DNA of 64,000 nucleotides from a virus (taxonomy: Duplodnaviria > Heunggongvirae > Uroviricota > Caudoviricetes). The notes beneath the pieces are model-generated. The model searched no databases. It worked only from the letters and a program-made list of their open reading frames with translations, and was not told where the DNA came from. Below, piece after piece: positions 54,504 through 63,359 of the stretch. Numbering within the stretch: the stretch's first letter is position 1; each line of letters opens with the position of its first letter. Location: IMG/VR virus record IMGVR_UViG_3300042346_001601, one strand, 5' to 3'. The position numbers were made by a program, and so were the translations under genes.

Positions 54504-55289
54504 CTATTGTTTATTCTGATTTTTCTGAAATTCTTCTTTTCTCCTGGTAAAAATCAGGGACTTTTGATCAAGCCATTCTTTTTCACTTGTTTCATCCACT
54601 TTTTCTATTTCTTTAGGATGAGTTAAAGAATTCGAATGTTTCCTATAAATGTAGCTAGGGTAATGATCGTAGTTAATCTTACCCCTTAAGCTTAATTCAT
54701 AATTCATGGGCCAATCTGAATACGGAAATTCGAAAAAGTAAGGCTGAAAAAGATCCTCATAATTTCTAAAAAAACGGGAGGATGCATATACACAGTTCCT
54801 GCCGGTAGAAATAAATTCAGGGGAGGTGAAATTTTTATCCATAAATTCTTCGGGAACTCCAAAAAATAAATCTCCTTCTGGATGTGGACAAAATCCATAC
54901 TCTCCTTCTAAAGTTAAATAACCGGTAGAAGACGCGGAAAATTCTGGATTACTCTCAAGAAAATCAAATTGTTTCTGTAATTTATAAGGATCTATCCAAT
55001 AGTCATCACCATCAAGATAGGCTATATAATTTCCTTTAGCTTTAGAAAGTAATCTTTTAACTGTTTCTACTTCTCCCTTATTTTCTGTGTTGATAAAAAA
55101 GTCGAATTTGTCCTGCCCGTAAAATTTTTTGAACCGTGTTAAAATACCAGCGCTCTGATCTTGAGAAGAATCATCCCCCACTAATACTTGCACGTCGAAA
55201 TTGGTGATCTGCGAAAAAACGGAAAAAAGAGTCGTATCAAGAAATTCAGAGAAGTTGTAATTTGGAATTATGACGGTAACGGAGCTCAT
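54504..55289 (-). CDS. glycosyltransferase family 2 (paralog of 49032..49802)
   Basis: VTVIIPNYNFSEFLDTTLFSV...VGDDSSQDQS...YLDGDDYWIDPYKLQKQFDFLESNPEF (cf. YIDPDDYWIDPYKLKKQFDFLENNPDF). Confidence 0.8.
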   Translation of the reverse strand: MSSVTVIIPNYNFSEFLDTTLFSVFSQITNFDVQVLVGDDSSQDQSAGILTRFKKFYGQDKFDFFINTENKGEVETVKRLLSKAKGNYIAYLDGDDYWIDPYKLQKQFDFLESNPEFSASSTGYLTLEGEYGFCPHPEGDLFFGVPEEFMDKNFTSPEFISTGRNCVYASSRFFRNYEDLFQPYFFEFPYSDWPMNYELSLRGKINYDHYPSYIYRKHSNSLTHPKEIEKVDETSEKEWLDQKSLIFTRRKEEFQKNQNKQ

Positions 55290-55306
55290 TTTTCTCTACT
55301 CAATTT

Positions 55307-55693
55307 CTATTTTTGTGAATCACCTTTCCAAACACGATAAGAATCCTCGTCAAAGTGTTGGGTGGAAACCTCGAAGATTATCCCATCCGTTATTGCTTCC
55401 AGTTGATGTGGTTGGCCGGGCATTTGTCTGACCGAATCACCTTCTATTAAATTTTTTTCAACCACTTCTGCGTTGCGGGTGTCTATATACCGATAAATAA
55501 AAGTGCCTTCCTTTACGTACCAAGTTTCATCTTTGATCAAATGATAGTGCATTGAAAATTTGGCTCCTCCCTTAAAACATAGAAGTTTTCCACAATACAG
55601 TTCGTTATTTTCGAAGACAACCTCATGACCCCATCCTTTAGGGATGTTGCACTCATCGCAGGAGGGTACATGATATATAATAGGTGGTTCCAA
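55307..55693 (-). CDS. cupin-fold sugar isomerase/epimerase-like protein (WxcM/FdtA-like)
   Basis: 128 aa; HYHLIKDETWYVKEGTF cupin motif; size and context (next to GT2, aminotransferase, acetyltransferase) as in Fdt-type pathways. Confidence 0.5.
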   Translation of the reverse strand: MEPPIIYHVPSCDECNIPKGWGHEVVFENNELYCGKLLCFKGGAKFSMHYHLIKDETWYVKEGTFIYRYIDTRNAEVVEKNLIEGDSVRQMPGQPHQLEAITDGIIFEVSTQHFDEDSYRVWKGDSQK

Positions 55694-55781
55694 GAGATTT
55701 GTCAGTCAAATTAAATATGGACCTTTTATGAAAAAGAAAGAAATGATTTCGAATTATTTCTTAAATTTGTAAAAAAAAACA

Positions 55782-55988
55782 ATGGAAGTTAACAAGTGGA
55801 CCAATCGGATCAAGAATTTAATTCTAGATCTGGAGCTGAACCAAGACCCTGAGAAAAAGAGTGAAATTCTCGGTCGGTTAAAAGCTCATGTAGAAGATCT
55901 AAATAAAGAGCTGGAAAAATTAGAAGAGCATCACACTTTGGTGGTTTCGCAGCTAAAACAGGAGATCTCCAGATTGAATGGCCTGTAA
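55782..55988 (+). CDS. hypothetical coiled-coil protein (plus strand, in intergenic gap of minus block)
   Basis: 68 aa helical; alternative to overlapping minus ORF 55810..56019 which looks like a frame shadow. Confidence 0.3.
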   Translation: MEVNKWTNRIKNLILDLELNQDPEKKSEILGRLKAHVEDLNKELEKLEEHHTLVVSQLKQEISRLNGL

Positions 55989-56002
55989 GAAGAGATATTA
56001 AA

Positions 56003-56983
56003 TTAATAGATAGAACCATATCCGCCGTTTAAATCTGCAAACTCATACAGTTCTAAAAATCCTTTGGCACTGTAAAACTTTTCGTTCTCTTCGGTCAATT
56101 CGAATCTTTTTTCTAAGGAATATTTGCCATCCACGATTCGAACTTCCATTTTTTCAGAGGCTGGGCAGTACCAATAACCCCCAAGTGTAAGAACAATTTG
56201 ATTCTCTCCGACGTAATATATTATTTCTCTTGAGGTGTTGTTCATTAAAAAAAGATAGTAGCCAGTTTGAGATGGGAGGACTTCACACACTATCCCAATA
56301 GCGGAAATTCTATTCATCTCGCTAGTTCTAAATCCTTCCATAGCACCATCTTCGTAACATTCCTTAATCAAAAAATCAGATTCATTTACACCCAAATGCT
56401 CATAAAAATCTCTTTCGAGAATACCAGTGATATTAAAGGCATGATAGGCATCATAATTTGTGGGTAATTTGATTTTCTGCACAAAATATTCAGCATTTCC
56501 TCCAAACAAGAGAGTGTGATAATTGTAACCCTCGTTAAATTGGTATCTATGAAAGATCATTTTTTTTTCGGCATGAATCATTTCTTGCAGAAAATTATCA
56601 AAAGTAGAAAGATCTTTTTCAGAAATTAAATTGTCACATTCCAAAAAATAGAAATACTCATAGCCCATTCGGTGGGCGGCAGAAATACTAGTGTCCATAT
56701 TTTTACAGATAGCAAGCATGTGACCTATGTTCCACAGAGTTGCCTTAATAAAAGAATTAGCAAACCAACTGAATGAATGGGATCCTAAGAGTGGATTTTC
56801 TGAATCATAAATAAAATAGTCTATTTCCTTCTGCACATCAAGGGGCAGAGGTAAATGTGAAACAACCATCAGTTTGTAGTCAAGCCCCTTGAGTCTGACA
56901 ATACATTCTTTCAGAATTTGTAAATGGTAGTCACTAGAAGGAAAACAATTTATAATGAAAATTTTTTTAAATGGATAATTCAT
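56003..56983 (-). CDS. uncharacterised family protein (paralog 3 of 3)
   Basis: N-terminus KKIFIINCFPSSDYHLQILKECIVRLKGLDYKLMVVSHLPLPLDVQKEIDYFIYDSENP. Confidence 0.45.
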   Translation of the reverse strand: MNYPFKKIFIINCFPSSDYHLQILKECIVRLKGLDYKLMVVSHLPLPLDVQKEIDYFIYDSENPLLGSHSFSWFANSFIKATLWNIGHMLAICKNMDTSISAAHRMGYEYFYFLECDNLISEKDLSTFDNFLQEMIHAEKKMIFHRYQFNEGYNYHTLLFGGNAEYFVQKIKLPTNYDAYHAFNITGILERDFYEHLGVNESDFLIKECYEDGAMEGFRTSEMNRISAIGIVCEVLPSQTGYYLFLMNNTSREIIYYVGENQIVLTLGGYWYCPASEKMEVRIVDGKYSLEKRFELTEENEKFYSAKGFLELYEFADLNGGYGSIY

Positions 56984-57014
56984 AATAAATAATTCAAGGC
57001 GTAGTTCTGCGATT

Positions 57015-57407
57015 TTATCCCTCTGTCTGGGAATTTTTTTTGTTTGAAATATCGTTGAACCTCATTTGGCTCAACTCGTAATTTGCATTCACCTGAGCCC
57101 AGAGCTTATCGCATCTGGAATCCAACTGCTTTTGTAGAGATTCAAATTGTTCTCTTCCCGATCTGATTCCGACTTCTTCTCGTTTATTGATTTCGTCGAG
57201 AACTTCATCGATCCGATTGTGGATGTAAGAATCATCGGAGTGTAAATTGTTCCTTGTAATTTCAATCTCTTTCATGACCGATTCGATGTGGTCGGAGATT
57301 TTGGTTCTGATTTTTCGGTCTAAATCCGAATTCATCTTAAACACACCCGCCACGGTGACCAAGACCACCACGGTAAGCGCACCTAAAAGAAAATAAAGTA
57401 TTGCCAT
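57015..57407 (-). CDS. hypothetical membrane-anchored coiled-coil protein
   Basis: N-terminal TM helix MAILYFLLGALTVVVLVTVAGV. Confidence 0.45.
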   Translation of the reverse strand: MAILYFLLGALTVVVLVTVAGVFKMNSDLDRKIRTKISDHIESVMKEIEITRNNLHSDDSYIHNRIDEVLDEINKREEVGIRSGREQFESLQKQLDSRCDKLWAQVNANYELSQMRFNDISNKKNSQTEG

Positions 57408-57471
57408 AATTTTTAATTTTTTTTGAAGCAGAACTACGCCTTTCGAATTTCTATAAGAAATTACACAAAAG

Positions 57472-57504
57472 TTTCAAAAAAAAGTTTGTCTTACGACAAA
57501 CTTT
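57472..57504 (-). terminator. rho-independent terminator downstream of tmRNA
   Basis: perfect 10-bp hairpin AAAGUUUGUC-GUAA-GACAAACUUU followed on minus strand by UUUUUUUUG. Confidence 0.65.
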
Positions 57505-57944
57505 TGGTGGAGCTGGGCGGATTCGAACCGCCGTCCTGCTAGGTAATTCCATGAAACTCGTTCACAGGCTTAGTCCATTTTTCTAAACAGACAAATCTTT
57601 ACCTCCTAGTTTTTGACTGTGATAGGAGATAATCCACATCATCGATCCCTACAGCGATCTGAAGGGTATTGGACCGGAGCCCGCAGGGTTACTGAGGATC
57701 GACGGATTGTGTGGTACTGTTAACCCTTTTTCCCACCCTCGTGACTTTCTGTTCCTGGGTGTCACCCCCCGAGGTTTAGGCTGCCAAGGCAACTTCAACC
57801 GGCTCCGCTGAACCTAGTCCAGCCAAAGCAAAAAATGGATTTTCGCCATTTAAGAAGTACTTAGGATATTTAGGTGCTTCCAAAGCTAGCACCGCCTGCA
57901 TCATGTCAAAGAACTTATGCCTCCAGTCGATTCCTTTCAGCCCC
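57505..57944 (-). ncRNA. ssrA: tmRNA (ssrA), ~440 nt
   Basis: 5' end GGGGCUGAAAGGAAUCGACUGGAGG (cf. E. coli GGGGCUGAUUCUGGAUUCGACGGG), 3' tRNA-like end GGUUCGAAUCCGCCCAGCUCCACCA, internal tag reading frame ...GSAEPVEVALAA-UAA ending in the canonical ALAA degron. Confidence 0.85.
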
Positions 57945-58048
57945 ATTTTTTATATATTTCATCATTCTAAAAAACCCCGAATTTTTCTCTGAGATGGAAC
58001 GGAACCGTTTACGAGAATGAATATATAGTGCAAATGTAAAAAAAATTT

Positions 58049-60514
58049 ATGAAAAGAATATCCAAGAATTACAAAAAATTAAGATTATTCGAATCTGAGG
58101 AAGAACTAAAAGTCCCAGATGATGAAAAGCTTTGGCAAGCATACGGTGAGGATATGACCAAAGCAGCGAAGGAGGGAGAGATAAATGAAGTAATTGGAAG
58201 GGATAAGGAATTGGAACAGTTGCTTCGCATTCTGGCCAGGAAAACCAAGGATAATCCAGTTTTGGTTGGAGAGCCGGGCGTTGGAAAAACCGCTATTGTG
58301 GATAAGCTTGCTCTTTTAATGGCAAGCGATAAATGTCCCGGTTTTTTAAAGGGGAAAAAGTTAATAGATTTGACCTGGGCATTTAAAAAAATAGTTAATG
58401 GAGGTTATTTACCCCTTTTGGCCCGTGAAATTGAGGAAGATAACTTGATTATTTTTGTGGACGAACTCCATTCTCTACCTAAAGCAAGTTACGATGAACT
58501 CAAACCCTTTTTGGCTAAAGCCAAACTTCATATGATCGGTGGTTCCACTTATAGTGAATATGGTCAAACTATTGAGAAAGACGGAGCCATGGAAAGAAGA
58601 TTTCAACCGATCAAAGTTGAAGAGCCTACCTACGAGGAATGCATGGAAATACTTAGAGAAATCCAAGAAAAATATGGGGATTGGCATCATGTTAATTATT
58701 CACCAGAAGCCTTAGAATCCTTTTATAAACTATCTAAGCAGTATATTAAAGACCGATTTTTGCCAGATAAAGCTATCGACTTGATGGACGAATCCGGTGC
58801 ACGAATTCGCATTAAAAATGCCCCGGATGCGGAGGTTGCGAATCTAGAAAAGAAAAATTTAGAACTCCTAGACCGGATCAGGCAAAAGACGGCAGAAGGT
58901 GACTATGATGCTGCTGCAGATCTATCAGATGAAAAAGAAAAGATAGAGAGTCGGCTTGAAAAAATGGCTGCGAAAGGTCAAATGGGACCTAAAATTACCG
59001 TCACTAAAGAAATGGTGGAAAAACTAGTGGCAGATAAAACAGGGATTCCTGTTGAAACGATGAAAAAGGGCAGTAAGGCAATCCTAAAAGGAATGTCAAG
59101 CAGACTGAAATCAAAAGTTATCGGTCAAGACGAGGCGGTAGAGACCGTTGTTAGAACAATTAAAAGAAACAGGTCGGGTCTTAAAGACCCTAATAGACCT
59201 GAAGGGGTATTTTTATTCGTGGGCCCTACTGGGACAGGTAAAACCTATTTGGTGAAAAAATTGGCTGAGGAGCTTTTTGGATCTAGGGAATCTAAATTGA
59301 TTAGGATTGATATGAATGAATATTCGGAGGCTCATACAGGATCTAAATTGTTTGGATCACCTCCCGGTTATGTAGGTTATTCGGAAGGAGGCAAACTAAC
59401 AGAGCAAGTCAGAAGAAACCCTTATTCGGTAATTTTGCTAGATGAGATCGAAAAAGCAAACCCTCAAGTTATACAATCCCTGCTAGGGGTGCTAGAAGAT
59501 GGAAGGATGACGGACGGGCAAGGGAGAACGGTTGACTTTACAAACTGTGTTATTATCATGACTTCTAATGTGGGATCAAAAACAGGATCTAAAAAGGTTA
59601 AATCAAAGGAACCCAGAAAAGCGATTGGTTTTTTGGTTAAAGATGAACCAGAAGATGAAACAAAACAGACTGGAGCAGAATCACCTGAGGAAATCAAAGC
59701 AAGAGTCGATGCAGCGATCAAAAAAGAGTTTTCGCCCGAATTTATTAATAGAATAGATGATATTGTTATTTTTCAGTCAATAGACCAAGAATCAATAAAA
59801 AAGATTGCAGAAAAAGAGCTCGAGAAGGTGGCAGATAGGATTAAAAATACCCAAGACATTAATCTGACTTGGGGAACTTCGGTTTACAAGTTGTTACTTA
59901 AACACGGATTTGACCCTGAATATGGGGCTAGACCCCTTAGAAGAGCAGTGGAGAAATATATCAAGGACCCTCTAGCCAATTTTATAATCGAGGAAGAGAT
60001 TGAGGAAGGATCCAACCTCAAAATTGATTACGATTCCTTGGCAGATGAGTTAGTCATTAACGGAAAGAAAATTTCAGAGTTATCTGAATCTAGACTCAGA
60101 AAAATCCACAAAAGTTTTTCTTTGTTCGAATCTACAAGTCCTAGAAGAATCAATAGTTTTTCAGAATTTAGCGATAGATTAGACGAGGCGGAAACAGAAA
60201 GGGAGAAAGAAGAGGAAAAGGGAAAACCAGCTCCTTTGCCTAAACCACTGCCTAAACCACTGCCTAAACCTACGCCTAAACCACAGCCTAAGCCTACTCC
60301 TAAACCTACACCCAGTGAGGATGAAGATGAGGATGAGGATTTTGATCCAGATGCAGAACCGGTCCGAAGAATAACTCCTCATCCGTCAATTGCACCACGA
60401 ATTAAAGTTCCTTCTCATGCTCCTGGACCCCAAGCAATAAAGAAAAAAGCTTCAGAGATGGATGTGATCAAAAGGTACATATCAGAACTCAAAAAAAGAA
60501 AACCATTTTACTAA
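58049..60514 (+). CDS. ClpC/ClpB-family two-ring AAA+ unfoldase lacking the N-domain, with short middle coiled coil and proline-rich acidic C-terminal tail
   Basis: D1: IGRDKELEQLLRILARKTKDNPVLVGEPGVGKTAIVDKLA; D2: VIGQDEAVETVVRTIKRNRSGL...FLFVGPTGTGKTYL...ILLDEIEKANPQV; sensor-2 GARPLRRAV; C-terminal PKPLPKPLPKPTPKPQPKPTPKPTPSEDEDEDEDFD. Confidence 0.85.
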   Translation: MKRISKNYKKLRLFESEEELKVPDDEKLWQAYGEDMTKAAKEGEINEVIGRDKELEQLLRILARKTKDNPVLVGEPGVGKTAIVDKLALLMASDKCPGFLKGKKLIDLTWAFKKIVNGGYLPLLAREIEEDNLIIFVDELHSLPKASYDELKPFLAKAKLHMIGGSTYSEYGQTIEKDGAMERRFQPIKVEEPTYEECMEILREIQEKYGDWHHVNYSPEALESFYKLSKQYIKDRFLPDKAIDLMDESGARIRIKNAPDAEVANLEKKNLELLDRIRQKTAEGDYDAAADLSDEKEKIESRLEKMAAKGQMGPKITVTKEMVEKLVADKTGIPVETMKKGSKAILKGMSSRLKSKVIGQDEAVETVVRTIKRNRSGLKDPNRPEGVFLFVGPTGTGKTYLVKKLAEELFGSRESKLIRIDMNEYSEAHTGSKLFGSPPGYVGYSEGGKLTEQVRRNPYSVILLDEIEKANPQVIQSLLGVLEDGRMTDGQGRTVDFTNCVIIMTSNVGSKTGSKKVKSKEPRKAIGFLVKDEPEDETKQTGAESPEEIKARVDAAIKKEFSPEFINRIDDIVIFQSIDQESIKKIAEKELEKVADRIKNTQDINLTWGTSVYKLLLKHGFDPEYGARPLRRAVEKYIKDPLANFIIEEEIEEGSNLKIDYDSLADELVINGKKISELSESRLRKIHKSFSLFESTSPRRINSFSEFSDRLDEAETEREKEEEKGKPAPLPKPLPKPLPKPTPKPQPKPTPKPTPSEDEDEDEDFDPDAEPVRRITPHPSIAPRIKVPSHAPGPQAIKKKASEMDVIKRYISELKKRKPFY
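60235..60312 (+). repeat. tandem ~12-nt repeats (cctaaaccactg-like) encoding (PKPx)n
   Basis: cctaaaccactgcctaaaccactgcctaaacctacgcctaaaccacagcctaagcctactcctaaacctacaccc. Confidence 0.7.
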
Positions 60515-60518
60515 GAAT

Positions 60519-61535
60519 ATGTCACTAAAAGCCAATTTCACAAAGAATTTTGCATCCTTTAATGAGGCTATTAGGGTTAAAGACATGGTGAGTATTCCCC
60601 CCGACTACCTAGAGGATGTCACGAGAAGAGCTAAAGAAAAACTCGGCATCGGGAAAACTCCCGAGGGATCCCCGCAAGGAATCAGCCAAGCCGTTAGCCA
60701 GTTGATGGGAAATTTTTCGAGATCCCAGCAACTTTCTAGAGGGTATGAAAAGGAGCTAGAAGATCTAGCAAGAGAAATAATTACAGATCTATACAAGCCC
60801 CTCATTGATTACTACGACATAAAGCTTGAAATTAAACTAGTACAGGGACCAGAAATAAGGAGGATGTTGGATGACAGCTTTAGAAAAACAAGACAAAAAA
60901 ACAGACCTCGACCGGATTCTAAACCAGTAATTAAAGCTTTAGGAGCGGATTTCAGCATGCTGATTCATGAGGCAGTCAAAGGAATTTGGAGGGTTATGTC
61001 AATGTCTGCAGTACCAGATGACCCTGAACTAGCCAAGGCTATTGAAGATCAATTCGGATTGATAGACGAACCGGACGAATGGAGATATGGTCCTCAAATG
61101 GCCGAAGATCTAAGAAAATTTATCTTTGAGAATCCCAAGGTCATCAAATATTCTAATTTGAGAGAGGAACTTTGGAAATATATGGTGGATCCAGAGAATT
61201 TACCCACGGCTGAATTTTTACCTCTGATGACAGGAATTTTTAGAAAAACTCCAGAAGCCAGAAAAAAAATCGATGAATTGATTGATGTAGTCATTGAGAG
61301 GGTGGAAGCCAGAGATGCCTGGCTGGAGCAGGATAGAGCCGATAAGGCTGAGTATGAAAGGAAATTAGCAGCATGGAAAGCCAGACAAGCTGCCAAATCC
61401 CCAAGTGGTTCAGAATCACAGATCACCAAAGATTACGCTAGTATGTCCCAAGAAGAACTAAAAAGGGAATACAGAAAGGCCGACGAGGAGGGAGATTTTG
61501 ATAAAATGATGGAAATCTCTGATTACATAAAATAA
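60519..61535 (+). CDS. hypothetical protein co-transcribed with ClpC-like gene
   Basis: 338 aa, starts 4 nt after clpC-like stop. Confidence 0.5.
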   Translation: MSLKANFTKNFASFNEAIRVKDMVSIPPDYLEDVTRRAKEKLGIGKTPEGSPQGISQAVSQLMGNFSRSQQLSRGYEKELEDLAREIITDLYKPLIDYYDIKLEIKLVQGPEIRRMLDDSFRKTRQKNRPRPDSKPVIKALGADFSMLIHEAVKGIWRVMSMSAVPDDPELAKAIEDQFGLIDEPDEWRYGPQMAEDLRKFIFENPKVIKYSNLREELWKYMVDPENLPTAEFLPLMTGIFRKTPEARKKIDELIDVVIERVEARDAWLEQDRADKAEYERKLAAWKARQAAKSPSGSESQITKDYASMSQEELKREYRKADEEGDFDKMMEISDYIK

Positions 61536-61543
61536 ATTTTACT

Positions 61544-61822
61544 ATGGATAAATTCATGTCAGAAACAGAGAAAAGGAAGATGCTGAATTTGATTGGCCAG
61601 GGAGAAGCAAAGAACACCAAAAAAATCTTGCAGTTACCCGAGATAAAAAACAAATTGAAAAAAATTATGGGGGATGAAAAAGGTCAGGAATTAGCTAATT
61701 GTCTATTGGAACTTGCCAATTCAGCAGATAGACTAGATTGGTTGGATTGGACAGAAAACAGAGGCAGACAGATGGAACACGGAACATCATTTGGCGGGGG
61801 TTATTATGTTGAATGGGAATGA
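61544..61822 (+). CDS. hypothetical protein
   Basis: 92-aa ORF. Confidence 0.4.
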   Translation: MDKFMSETEKRKMLNLIGQGEAKNTKKILQLPEIKNKLKKIMGDEKGQELANCLLELANSADRLDWLDWTENRGRQMEHGTSFGGGYYVEWE

Positions 61823-62139
61823 AAGATCTACAGAAATTTTTCGGCACAATTAGGGTCAAAATGTTTTGGCTCTGCCGAGAGCTAGTTTACATGTACAGTC
61901 CCAAGAAATCTTTTTTTTCAAAGAAAAGAATAGAATCTAGTTTGGCTTTTGTTATTGGGCAATGGGGCATGATCTTCTGGATGTTAGAAAAACACTCTGA
62001 ATTGTCTGCCTCTGATGTTGCCATCTGGGCGGGGATCGAATTTGCGATTGCCGGGTACATCATGACCGAAATCCAGAAAGAAAAAAAGGAGGTTTCTCGA
62101 AACGCTGATGATTTCGAAGAACCTCCTATTCACTCTTAA
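61813..62139 (+). CDS. hypothetical membrane protein
   Basis: 108 aa, two TM helices. Confidence 0.4.
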   Translation: MGMKDLQKFFGTIRVKMFWLCRELVYMYSPKKSFFSKKRIESSLAFVIGQWGMIFWMLEKHSELSASDVAIWAGIEFAIAGYIMTEIQKEKKEVSRNADDFEEPPIHS

Positions 62140-62146
62140 TATCCCT

Positions 62147-62707
62147 TTAAATCAGAGAACGGTTGACTGTTCGGTTACTCACCCCACCTACACCTGGGTA
62201 GGAAGAGTACATGTTTTTAGGATCTTTGATGGTGTTGTCCGTTGGAGAATGTGTATTTTCAGTCAGGTCCATGTGCTTTTTGATGAAACGATAAAGTCTT
62301 TGGCATTCATCATCGATATCCGCCAAATCCAATTCACTTCCTCCCCATCTGATGGAAGGGTCTTGTGGATCGCACATAACAGACAGATTTCTAGGTCCCA
62401 GATGGCAAATTAAAGCCGGATATTCTCCACTGATGTCTCTGACGTTGGAGATATAACCTTGATAGGGAGGATTTTCAATTTCTTTGTAAATTTGTCCTAA
62501 TCTTTCCCGATCCTTGCTTGATTCAATACCAAACAGGCTTTTTGTTTTTCTTTTCATGGTTTGTAACATGCCTGGGGGTTGGTACCTTTTGTAGCCATAG
62601 CCGGCATCTTTCCATCCCTCCTGTAAAGGATCAGAAGATTCTGGAGTAAAATTGTCGTAAGAGATAATATTTTTCATAAAGTCTTTTTTTTTAAGAATGA
62701 GTGTCAA
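62147..62707 (-). CDS. hypothetical protein
   Basis: 186-aa ORF. Confidence 0.45.
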   Translation of the reverse strand: MTLILKKKDFMKNIISYDNFTPESSDPLQEGWKDAGYGYKRYQPPGMLQTMKRKTKSLFGIESSKDRERLGQIYKEIENPPYQGYISNVRDISGEYPALICHLGPRNLSVMCDPQDPSIRWGGSELDLADIDDECQRLYRFIKKHMDLTENTHSPTDNTIKDPKNMYSSYPGVGGVSNRTVNRSLI

Positions 62708-63008
62708 TTAATTTTTGATAGAGGTCGAGGTTTTTTAAGCCCGTAGCTCTTTCTACTTCTTGACCGTCTTTGATGAGCAGTACGGTCGGGAGAGATCTAA
62801 CCCCAAATTCAATGGCAGTTTCTCTGTTCTCGTCTACGTTGATTTTGTGGATGACTAGGTCTGGATTTTTGGTCTTGATTTGGTCCAGAATAGGATGGAG
62901 CATTCTACAAGGGCCGCACCATTCAGCCCAAAAATCGAGCAGGGTTAATTCAGTAAAATCTTCGGAAGTAATAGTTGATAAGTTCATATAATTTATTTTA
63001 GTAAACAA
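62691..63008 (-). CDS. trxA: thioredoxin
   Basis: LLDFWAEWCGPCRML active site (WCGPC), ~105 aa thioredoxin fold length. Confidence 0.85.
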   Translation of the reverse strand: MFTKINYMNLSTITSEDFTELTLLDFWAEWCGPCRMLHPILDQIKTKNPDLVIHKINVDENRETAIEFGVRSLPTVLLIKDGQEVERATGLKNLDLYQKLIDTHS

Positions 63009-63354
63009 TTGTTTGGGTCATATCGGGATTGGTCCGGTAGATAATTTCAGGACCCGGGGACATAATAACTGACATACCATCAGACAGAGTTTGAAGACTC
63101 TGAATGAAATTCTGAACGTCTTCTTTTTTAGAAGAGGGAAAGTTAAAGTGGGTCATCACATCTTTAACTAATTCATCTAAAGAAGATTCAAAATCTCCCG
63201 TGTCATGAAAATTCATGTATTTTTCGTATTTTTTAACGAAATCTTTGATTTCTTCCTGTTGGACTTCACTGAGAGACAGATTTGAAACAAAATCGTCGAA
63301 TTCTAGAATTTTTTTCTTATACATAGTGAGATATATATCTGAATTAAAAACCAA
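62998..63354 (-). CDS. hypothetical protein
   Basis: 118-aa ORF. Confidence 0.45.
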   Translation of the reverse strand: MVFNSDIYLTMYKKKILEFDDFVSNLSLSEVQQEEIKDFVKKYEKYMNFHDTGDFESSLDELVKDVMTHFNFPSSKKEDVQNFIQSLQTLSDGMSVIMSPGPEIIYRTNPDMTQTIVY

Positions 63355-63359
63355 AAACT

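Noticed and set aside
41876-60514. Eukaryotic giant-virus or plastid origin (suggested by GSII and ClpC-like genes)
   Set aside because: tmRNA with ALAA tag, lipobox lipoproteins, rho-independent terminators, operon-like overlapping ORFs and T4-type homing endonuclease/RNA-repair genes point to a bacterial virus; GSII and Clp occur in bacteria too
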